From Candidatus Sysuimicrobiota bacterium (GTDB lineage: Bacteria; Sysuimicrobiota; Sysuimicrobiia; Sysuimicrobiales; Sysuimicrobiaceae): a stretch of 33,849 nt of DNA. Position 1 is the first letter of the stretch; each line of letters opens with the position of its first letter. The stretch lies in assembly GCA_040289515.1 (NCBI GenBank), contig PSLI01000023.1, positions 1 to 33,849 of the forward strand, read 5' to 3'. The notes beneath the pieces are model-generated. The model searched no databases, was not told where the DNA came from, and saw nothing but the letters and a program-made list of their open reading frames with translations. Positions 27,083 to 33,849 of this stretch are shown in pieces. The position numbers and the translations under genes were made by a program.

Positions 27083-27089
27083 GTGCCGG

Positions 27090-27911
27090 CTACAGCTGCA
27101 GCTCCAGCGGGCACTTGTTGGCCGGCAGGAGCTGCCCTGCGACCTCCCCGAACCACTTGCTCACCAGCCGGACGTGGACCCCCTGGGCCCGCAGGCGCGC
27201 GAGAGCCACGTTGATGGTGGCCAACAGGTCCGCGTCCCCCTTGCGGACGCCGATGCCGTACGGACCGGGCATCTGGGGTGGCCAGCCCACCACCTTCAGC
27301 GTGTTGTCCTGCTTGGCGAAGGCCAGCAGAAGCACGTCGTCCTGCACGAAGGCCTCCGCCCGTCCGTCCTTCAGGGCCAGCAGGGCTTCGGAGTTCTGGC
27401 CGAAGGTGATGCGCTGCGCCTGGGGTGCCAGGGTAGCCGCCACGCGGTCCCCGGTGGAACCCTGGACTGTGGCCACCCGCTTACCGTTCAGGTCGCTGAA
27501 CTTGGTAATGGTGGTGTTGTCGCGGCGAACCAGGATCAGGTGACCGGAGCAGAAATAGGGCACGCTGAAGTCCACCACCTGCTTGCGGGCCCGGGTGATG
27601 GTCATGGTGGCCACCACGGCGTCGATCTGCTCCGTTTGCAGCATGGGGATCCGGTTGGCGGAGGTCACCGTTACCAGCCGGACCCGGTCCGGGCTTCCCA
27701 ACACGATGCGGGCGATCTCCCGACTCAGGTCGATGTCGAAGCCCTGAAGCTGGCCCCGTTCGTCTACAAACCCGAAGGGCGGGAAATCAGCCTTCACGCC
27801 CACCACGAGCACACCCCGCTGGCGGATCACGTCCAGGGTGCCCCTGGCCAGGGCACCTCCGGCCAGCAGGAGGACCAGGCACAGCGCCGCCAGTAGCCTC
27901 CTGAGCACCAC
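27090..27911 (-). CDS. Amino-acid ABC transporter substrate-binding protein (SBP family 3, Glu/Asp-like)
   Basis: Signal peptide; VGVKADFPPFG, GFDIDL, TSANRIP and TMTIT..R..VDFS motifs. Confidence 0.92.
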   Translation of the reverse strand: MVLRRLLAALCLVLLLAGGALARGTLDVIRQRGVLVVGVKADFPPFGFVDERGQLQGFDIDLSREIARIVLGSPDRVRLVTVTSANRIPMLQTEQIDAVVATMTITRARKQVVDFSVPYFCSGHLILVRRDNTTITKFSDLNGKRVATVQGSTGDRVAATLAPQAQRITFGQNSEALLALKDGRAEAFVQDDVLLLAFAKQDNTLKVVGWPPQMPGPYGIGVRKGDADLLATINVALARLRAQGVHVRLVSKWFGEVAGQLLPANKCPLELQL

Positions 27912-27974
27912 CCACCTCCCGAGCGAGGATTCGCAACCCAGAAGGTAACGCGGGGGAATCGGCGGGGCAACTGG

Positions 27975-29330
27975 CTACGCGGGGCCCTTGCCGGGGTTGA
28001 GGATCCCCTCCGGGTCCAGCAGTGCCTTGATCCGCCGCATCCACTCCACGGCGGGCCCGTGTTCTGCTGCCAGGAACTTGCGCTTGCGTAGCCCCACCCC
28101 GTGCTCGCCGGTGGCGGTGCCCCCGACTTCCAGGGCCCGTCCGACCAAGCGTTCGCTGTAGGCCTCCGCCCGCGGGTACTGGTCCGGCGGGGTGGCCAGC
28201 AGCACGTGGAAATTCCCGTCCCCCAAGTGCCCCACGATGCCGCCTGCTAGCCCGGTCTCCTGCAGCAGCTGGTGGGCGAAGGCCACCAGCTCCGGCAGCC
28301 GGGACAGCGGAACCGCCACGTCCGTGGTGAGGAAGACGTGGCCCGGGTAGGCGTGGGTGGTCGCCCAGTACACCTTGTGGCGGGCCTCCCACACCGCGCT
28401 GCGGTCTTCCGAGGTGTGCGCGGTCTGCACGAGCCCGGCCCCGTAGTCGCGACACACGGCCAGCACTGCTTCCGTCTCGGCCTGCAGGGCTGCCTCCGTG
28501 GAGGAGTGAAACTCCAGAAACAGGGCCGGCTGCTCGGGATCGCGCCGGTCGAGGAAGGCGTTCACGGCCCTCATGCTGAAGTCGTCCACCAGCTCCAGAC
28601 GTGCCACAGGGAGTCCGGTGGCCATGATCTCGTAGGCGGCCTGTGCGGCTGCCTCCACGGAGGGGAAGAAGGCACGGGCGGCGTGAACGTGCGCGGGCAG
28701 GGGGTGCAGGCGCAGGGTGAGGCGGGTGATGACCCCAAGGGTGCCCTCCGACCCGATGAAGAGATCCTTCAGATCGTAGCCCGAGCTGGTCTTCCGCACG
28801 GGCCGGCCGAGCTCTAGCACCTGGCCGTCCGCCAGGACCACCTGCAGGGCCAGGACGTTGTGGCGCATCCCGCCGTAGCGCACCGTGGTGGTCCCGGAGG
28901 CGTTGGTGGCCGCCATGCCGCCCAGGGACGCGTCCGCGCCGGGGTCCACGGGGAAGAACAGCCCGTGCGGCCGCAAGGCACGGTTCAGGCTGCCGTGGGT
29001 GACGCCGGGTTCCACGGTGGCCAGGAAGTCCTCGGGCCGCACTTCGAGGATCCGGTCCATGCGAGACAGGTCCAGGCTGATGGCGGGGCCGACGGGGACC
29101 AGGGCACCTTCCAGGCTGCTGCCCGCTCCGTAGGGGATGACGGGGACCCGGCACTCCCGGGCCGCTGCCAGCGCCGCCTGCACGTCCTCCACCCCGTGCG
29201 CGAACACCACCGCCACCGGCTGGCGGCAGGCGGGGTAACCCTCGTCGCGGCCGTGGCGATCCAGGACGGACTCCACGGTGCAGACGCGGTCCGCACCCAA
29301 CCGCTGCTCCAGACATGTCACCACCTCCAC
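27975..29330 (-). CDS. FAD-linked oxidase, D-lactate dehydrogenase / glycolate oxidase GlcD family
   Basis: PYGAGSSLEG, FPVDPGADASLGGM.ATNASG, IGSEGTLG, GHLGDGNFH, GEHGVG and LDPEGILNPGK motifs; GGAGGT RBS before GTG 29330. Confidence 0.9.
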   Translation of the reverse strand: MEVVTCLEQRLGADRVCTVESVLDRHGRDEGYPACRQPVAVVFAHGVEDVQAALAAARECRVPVIPYGAGSSLEGALVPVGPAISLDLSRMDRILEVRPEDFLATVEPGVTHGSLNRALRPHGLFFPVDPGADASLGGMAATNASGTTTVRYGGMRHNVLALQVVLADGQVLELGRPVRKTSSGYDLKDLFIGSEGTLGVITRLTLRLHPLPAHVHAARAFFPSVEAAAQAAYEIMATGLPVARLELVDDFSMRAVNAFLDRRDPEQPALFLEFHSSTEAALQAETEAVLAVCRDYGAGLVQTAHTSEDRSAVWEARHKVYWATTHAYPGHVFLTTDVAVPLSRLPELVAFAHQLLQETGLAGGIVGHLGDGNFHVLLATPPDQYPRAEAYSERLVGRALEVGGTATGEHGVGLRKRKFLAAEHGPAVEWMRRIKALLDPEGILNPGKGPA

Positions 29331-29447
29331 CCGGGCGCACCTCCGCACGAGCTCGCATCCATCATATGCGGTCACCCGGCGATGTGGCCTCAGGACACCG
29401 AGGGAACCCAGAAAGGCCGGTTGCTTGCGTACCGGAGGGCTCCAGCG

Positions 29448-29522
29448 TGGAGCGGGCGACGGGATTCGAACCCGCGGCCCTCGGCTTGGGAAGCCGATGC
29501 TCTACCCCTGAGCTACACCCGC
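29448..29522 (-). tRNA. tRNA-Gly (anticodon CCC), CCA encoded
   Basis: GCGGGTGTAGCTCAGGGGTAGAGCATCGGCTT-CCC-AAGCCGAGGGCCGCGGGTTCGAATCCCGTCGCCCGCTCCA folds as a cloverleaf; extended -10 TGGTAGAAT upstream. Confidence 0.97.
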
Positions 29523-29574
29523 CCGCTTCCCTGCATATTCTACCACGCCACGGCCAGGTCTCCGCCACCAGGAG

Positions 29575-30828
29575 GTGCAGGCGGCTGTCGCGAACCAGCA
29601 CGGGGTGGCCCTGCGCGTGGTGCTCCTGCACTACACAGCCCCGCCGGTGGTGGGGGGGGTGGAGTCCGTGGTGGCCGCCCAGGCCCGGTGGCTTCGGGAA
29701 GCCGGGTACCCGGTGACGGTGCTGGCGGGGCGGGGCAAGGGGCCTCAAACGCACATCGTTGACCAACTGTACGGCCGCCACCCCGACGTCCAACACGCGC
29801 ACCGGGCCTTGACCAGGGGCGACCTGCAGCCCCTGTTGCACCTGCAGAACCGCCTCGTACGGGAGCTCCGACCACATCTGATGGGCAGCGTGTGCCTGGC
29901 GCACAACGTGTTCACCCTGGCCAAGAATCTGCCCCTGTTGGGGGCCCTCCACCGGCTGGTGGAGGAGGAGCTGGACTGCCGCTGGGTGGCGTGGACCCAC
30001 GACGTGCTGTGGGACAGCCCGACGGATGTGTTGCCGATACCCCTCGGTTCGCTGCAGGAGCTGTTGCGCCACGCGCGGCCGGAGCTGACGTACGTGGCCA
30101 CCAGCGAGGCCGTCCGCGCATCTTTGGTGCGGCACCTGGGCGTGGATGGGTCCCGGGTCCGGGTGATCCCACCAGGGGTCTGCCTGGAGTCCCTGGGGCT
30201 TGTGAGTCCGCAGACCCGCAGGATCCTCCAGGAGCTTGCGTGGGAAGACCACTTCCCCGTGCTTTTGGTGCCCGTGCGCGTCACGCGCCGCAAGAATTTG
30301 GAGCTGGCCGTGCAAGTGGCCGCGTGCCTGCGGGCAGAAGGGCTGGATCCCCTCGTGGCGGTCACAGGACCTCTGGGAGCCCACACGGCCGCCAACGCCC
30401 GCTACCTCCAGGAGCTGCAGGAGCTGCGGCGCCGGCTCGGGTTGAATGAGCAGGTGGCGTTCTTGGTCGAGCGGGGGATCCGGTGTTCGGCGCGCACGGT
30501 GGGCGAACTGTACCTGGCCTGCGACGCGGTCCTGATCCCGAGCGTGCTGGAGGGGTTCGGGCTTCCCGTGGCGGAGGCGGGGCTGCTGCGGGTCCCCGTG
30601 TTCTGTTCCCGGATCCCGGCGGCGGTGGAGGTGGCCGGCCAGCTGGCCCACTTCTTTTCCGTGGACGAACCCCCGGAGTCCGTGGCGCGCCGCATCGCGC
30701 GGGAGCTAGAACTGGATCGGGCGGCTCGGCTGCGGCGTCAGGTGGTGGAGCGCTTGGGGTGCAGGCACGTGGCGAGCAAGGCTTTGGGGACCCTGGTGGC
30801 GGAGCTGGCGTCGGCTGCCGGGCGGTAG
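29575..30828 (+). CDS. Glycosyltransferase family 4 (GT-B)
   Basis: HYTAPPVVGGVESV, AWTHD, VRVTRRKNLE and PSVLEGFGLPVAEA motifs; start uncertain (29575 or ~29605). Confidence 0.87.
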   Translation: MQAAVANQHGVALRVVLLHYTAPPVVGGVESVVAAQARWLREAGYPVTVLAGRGKGPQTHIVDQLYGRHPDVQHAHRALTRGDLQPLLHLQNRLVRELRPHLMGSVCLAHNVFTLAKNLPLLGALHRLVEEELDCRWVAWTHDVLWDSPTDVLPIPLGSLQELLRHARPELTYVATSEAVRASLVRHLGVDGSRVRVIPPGVCLESLGLVSPQTRRILQELAWEDHFPVLLVPVRVTRRKNLELAVQVAACLRAEGLDPLVAVTGPLGAHTAANARYLQELQELRRRLGLNEQVAFLVERGIRCSARTVGELYLACDAVLIPSVLEGFGLPVAEAGLLRVPVFCSRIPAAVEVAGQLAHFFSVDEPPESVARRIARELELDRAARLRRQVVERLGCRHVASKALGTLVAELASAAGR

Positions 30829-30869
30829 GGAGCCTCGCCCGGGGCCACCGGTACGCCTACAATGGGGCC

Positions 30870-31652
30870 GTGGCTACCCCGCGGGTGGTGGTCCTCGCCT
30901 CGGGCAGCGCGGGCAACGCGGTGTGGGTGGAGGCCGCGGGTGCCGCGTTGCTGGTGGACGCGGGGCTTTCGGCGGAGAACCTCCTGCGACGGGCGGCAGA
31001 GGTGGGTTGTTGTGTGGATACGCTGCAGGCGGTACTGCTGACCCACGAGCACGAAGACCACGCGAGGGGTGCCGCGGCCCTGGCCAGGTTCCTGGGAGTG
31101 CCTGTGCTGGCGAACGAGGGCACCCTACGGGCCTGCGGGTTCGACTCGGCGGTCCCGCAGGAGGCGGTCTGCAACCTGCGAGGCTTCCGAGTGGGCCCGT
31201 GGAACGTGGAGGCGGTCCCGGTGCCGCACGACGCGGCGGACCCCGTGGCCTTCGTGCTGAAAGCGCAGGGCGTGCGGGTAGCGGTGGTCACGGACCTGGG
31301 CGAGGTGGGGGAGGCCCTGGCGGAGCGCGCGGCCGGAGCCGACGTGGTTCTGCTGGAGGCCAACTACGACCTGCGGTTGCTGGACGTGAGCCCGTACCCC
31401 TGGTTCGTGAAAAACCGCATCCTGGGCCGGTACGGGCACCTGAGCAACGACGCGGCCGCGTGGGCCGCGGTGCGGCTGCACGCGGGGCGGCCCCAACGGT
31501 TCGTCCTTGTGCACGTGAGCGAGGTGAACAACCTGACTCCCCTGGCGCGGGACGTGGTGGCCGGGGTGCTGGCGCGGGAGGGGATTGCCGCGGAGGTGGT
31601 CGTGGTCCGGCCCAACCGGGGCGTGGAGGTCCCCCTGGCGGGGGTGAGCTAG
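30870..31652 (+). CDS. MBL-fold metallo-hydrolase (YycJ/WalJ-like)
   Basis: LASGSAGNA, LLVDAG, THEHEDH, VPHDAADP, TDLG, LEANYD and GHLSN motifs; TACAAT 6 nt before GTG suggests a leaderless mRNA. Confidence 0.9.
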   Translation: MATPRVVVLASGSAGNAVWVEAAGAALLVDAGLSAENLLRRAAEVGCCVDTLQAVLLTHEHEDHARGAAALARFLGVPVLANEGTLRACGFDSAVPQEAVCNLRGFRVGPWNVEAVPVPHDAADPVAFVLKAQGVRVAVVTDLGEVGEALAERAAGADVVLLEANYDLRLLDVSPYPWFVKNRILGRYGHLSNDAAAWAAVRLHAGRPQRFVLVHVSEVNNLTPLARDVVAGVLAREGIAAEVVVVRPNRGVEVPLAGVS

Positions 31653-32875
31653 TGCAGGCCCTGCCGGCACAGGCGCGTCGAGAGCTGCGGCGATTGGGGC
31701 GCGGCGACCTCGTGGTGGGTATCCCCAGCTTCAACAACGCCGCCACCGTGGGCCACGTGGTGCGGACCGCGGCCGAGGGGGTGGTGCGCCACTTCCCCGG
31801 AGTGGCGGCGGTGGTTGTGAACGCGGACGGTGGGTCCGCGGATGGCACGCGGGAGGTGGTGTCCAGCACCCCAGTGCCCGACCCGGTGCGCGTGGTGTGT
31901 ACCGTTTACGAGGGGATCCCGGGCAAGGGCAGCGCAGTCCGGGCGATCCTGGAGGCGGTGCAGACGTTGCAGGCGCGATGCTGCGTCCTGCTGGACGCGG
32001 ACGTGCGGTCCGTGCAGCCGTGGTGGGTGCACCGCCTGGCGGGTCCGGTGCTGTCTGGGCAGGCGGACTACGTGGCTCCCGTGTACGTGCGGCACAAAAA
32101 CGACGGCACCATCACCAACCACCTGGCGTACCCGATGACCCGCGCACTGTACGGCGTGAGGATCCGTCAGCCCATCGGCGGAGATTTCGGACTGTCTGGG
32201 CCTCTGGCGGCTCGGCTGCTGGCCAAGCCTGTCTGGGAGAGCGACGTGGCGCGCTTCGGTGTGGACATCTGGATGACCACCACGGCGGTGTGCGAGGGCT
32301 TCCGGGCTGTGCAGGCGCACCTGGGGGCCAAGGTGCACGATCCCAGGGACCCTGCCGGGGCGCTGGGGCCCATGTTCCAGCAGGTGGTGGGCACCCTGTT
32401 CTCCCTGCTGGCCGTGTACCCTGCCCGGTGGCGGCAGGTGCAGGGAAGCCGTCCGGTCCCGGAGGTGGGGCTTCCGGTGGACGCGCAGCCGGAACCCGTG
32501 TCCATCTCCATTTCAGCTCTGGTGGAACGGTTCCGGGAGGGCTGGCGGGCGCACGGGAGCCTGTGGGCACAGGTGGTCTCCGGGGACGTACGCGAGCAGC
32601 TGCAGCGAGCGGCGGAGCTGGGTCCCGCGGGTATCCTCGAGGAGCGGTGGTGGGCGAGGGCCGTGTACGACTTCGCGGTAGCCTTCCACCGGGACGATCT
32701 GGACCCCGACGCGGTGGTATCAGCCCTCGTGCCGGTGTACTTCGGCCGGGTGGCTTCCTTCGCGAAGGAGACCTCGGACGCAGACTGGATGGAGGCGGAA
32801 CGCGTGGTGGAGCGGCAGGCCGGGGTGTTCGAGCAGGAGAAGCCCCGGCTGATGACCGCGTGGGACCGGCTGTAG
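31652..32875 (+). CDS. GT-A glycosyltransferase, glucosylglycerate/mannosylglycerate synthase-like
   Basis: DLVVGIPSFNNAATVGHVV, NADGGSADGT, GIPGKGSA, DAD, RHKNDGTITN, IRQPIGGDFG and FGVDIWMTT motifs. Confidence 0.8.
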   Translation: MQALPAQARRELRRLGRGDLVVGIPSFNNAATVGHVVRTAAEGVVRHFPGVAAVVVNADGGSADGTREVVSSTPVPDPVRVVCTVYEGIPGKGSAVRAILEAVQTLQARCCVLLDADVRSVQPWWVHRLAGPVLSGQADYVAPVYVRHKNDGTITNHLAYPMTRALYGVRIRQPIGGDFGLSGPLAARLLAKPVWESDVARFGVDIWMTTTAVCEGFRAVQAHLGAKVHDPRDPAGALGPMFQQVVGTLFSLLAVYPARWRQVQGSRPVPEVGLPVDAQPEPVSISISALVERFREGWRAHGSLWAQVVSGDVREQLQRAAELGPAGILEERWWARAVYDFAVAFHRDDLDPDAVVSALVPVYFGRVASFAKETSDADWMEAERVVERQAGVFEQEKPRLMTAWDRL

Positions 32876-33849
32876 TGGAGCCCGCGACCCGCACGGGAGG
32901 GCCGGACGAGCACCGCCTGCTGGCGGAACACGCCCAGGCCATTCTGCAGGCGGCCTTGCGTGCCGCGGACGCCGAGGGTGCCGTGCGGCGGACGTTGCGC
33001 TGTTGCGGGGACGAACTGGCCGTGGGGCCGCTGCGGCTGGACCTCCGGGAGTTCCGGCACGTGTGGGTAGTGGGGTTCGGCAAAGCCTCCGCCCGTATGG
33101 CCCGTGCCGTGGAGGAGGCGCTGGGGGGCCGGTTGGACGGCGGGCTGGTGGTGACCCAGCACGGCCACGGTGTGCCGCTGCGGCGGGTGGAGGTGCTGGA
33201 AGCGTCTCATCCTTTGCCCGGGCCGGAGGGGGAGGCTGCTGCCCGCAGGGTGTTACAGCTCGTGCAGTCCGCAGGCGAAGACGATCTGCTCCTGTGCGTG
33301 ATTTCCGGAGGCGGGTCCGCCTTGATGCCGCTACCCGCGGAAGGGGTAACCTTGCAGGACAAGGTGGCGGTGACGGACCTGCTGCTGCGCAGCGGGGCGC
33401 GCATCCAAGAGGTCAACGCCGTGCGCAAGCACCTGTCCGCGGTGAAGGGGGGTCGGCTGGCGCAGGCGGCGTACCCTGCGCGGACGGTGGGGCTGGTGGT
33501 GAGCGACGTGGTGGGCAACCAGCTGGACACCGTGTCCTCGGGCCCCTTAAGCCCCGACCCTACCACCTATCAGGAGGCTCTGCGGGTCCTGGAGCGCTAC
33601 GGGCTGGTGGAGCGGGTGCCGGATCCGGTGCGGCGGCACCTGGAGCGCGGGGCAGCGGGCGAGGTGCCGGAGACGCCCAAACCTGGCGACCCCGTGTTCG
33701 ACCGGGTGACCTTGCTGGTGGTGGCCAGCGTGGTGGAGGCGGTGGAGGCGGCGCGGCTGGCCGCGCAAGATCTGGGCTACCGGGCGGTGGTGCTGACCAC
33801 GTCGTTGGAGGGGGAGGCGCGGGAGGTGGGGCGGGTGGTGGCGGCGCTG
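32875..33849 (+). CDS. Glycerate 2-kinase (GckA/TtuD, DUF4147-MOFRL type), partial, runs off the right edge
   Basis: GTG overlaps the upstream TAG; manual translation gives VVGFGKASARMA, EASHPLP, ISGGGSAL, NAVRKHLSAVKGGRLA, SDVVG and LEGEAREVG. Not in the ORF track because it has no stop in the window. Confidence 0.92.
   Translation, partial: MEPATRTGGPDEHRLLAEHAQAILQAALRAADAEGAVRRTLRCCGDELAVGPLRLDLREFRHVWVVGFGKASARMARAVEEALGGRLDGGLVVTQHGHGVPLRRVEVLEASHPLPGPEGEAAARRVLQLVQSAGEDDLLLCVISGGGSALMPLPAEGVTLQDKVAVTDLLLRSGARIQEVNAVRKHLSAVKGGRLAQAAYPARTVGLVVSDVVGNQLDTVSSGPLSPDPTTYQEALRVLERYGLVERVPDPVRRHLERGAAGEVPETPKPGDPVFDRVTLLVVASVVEAVEAARLAAQDLGYRAVVLTTSLEGEAREVGRVVAAL

Noticed and set aside
29400..29575. 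tRNA-Gly as an integration site for a genomic island
   Set aside because: No integrase, no duplicated tRNA 3' end and no compositional shift are visible; flanking genes are metabolic

Overview
GC-rich (~70%) bacterial chromosomal core region, gene-dense and probably from a thermophile (inferred from a 2-oxoacid:ferredoxin oxidoreductase, an archaeal-type DRG GTPase and glycerate-glycoside synthase-like genes). I see no mobile elements, CRISPR arrays or rRNA. Contents, left to right: tatA, AI-2E transporter, CHRD protein, frameshifted DUF1641-like gene, isocitrate/isopropylmalate dehydrogenase family gene, multi-PAS histidine kinase cut off from a decayed receiver domain by an in-frame TAG, a DRG/OBG-TGS GTPase head-to-head with a Ski2/HelY-like helicase, isocitrate lyase (aceA) downstream of a tiny Cys-rich protein and a soluble LytS/LytTR pair, SAM methyltransferase, cold-shock protein, AcuC deacetylase, AhpD-like protein, pterin dehydratase, OFOR alpha/beta, FmdB Zn-ribbon, alpha/beta hydrolase, ACT protein, a DtxR/MntR-regulated metal ABC operon whose permease is fused to a second DtxR regulator, a polar amino-acid ABC operon, a GlcD/D-lactate dehydrogenase-like oxidase, tRNA-Gly(CCC), and a GT4 - MBL hydrolase - glucosylglycerate-synthase-like - glycerate kinase cluster. 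The best leads for new biology are: (1) the DRG GTPase/Ski2-like helicase divergon, which echoes the yeast Rbg/Slh1 translation partnership; (2) a LytS/LytTR - Zn-finger - aceA module with an AlgR-like 21-bp-spaced repeat; (3) the permease-DtxR fusion; (4) a putative (mannosyl)glucosylglycerate solute pathway. All calls come from motif recognition only; no searches were run.
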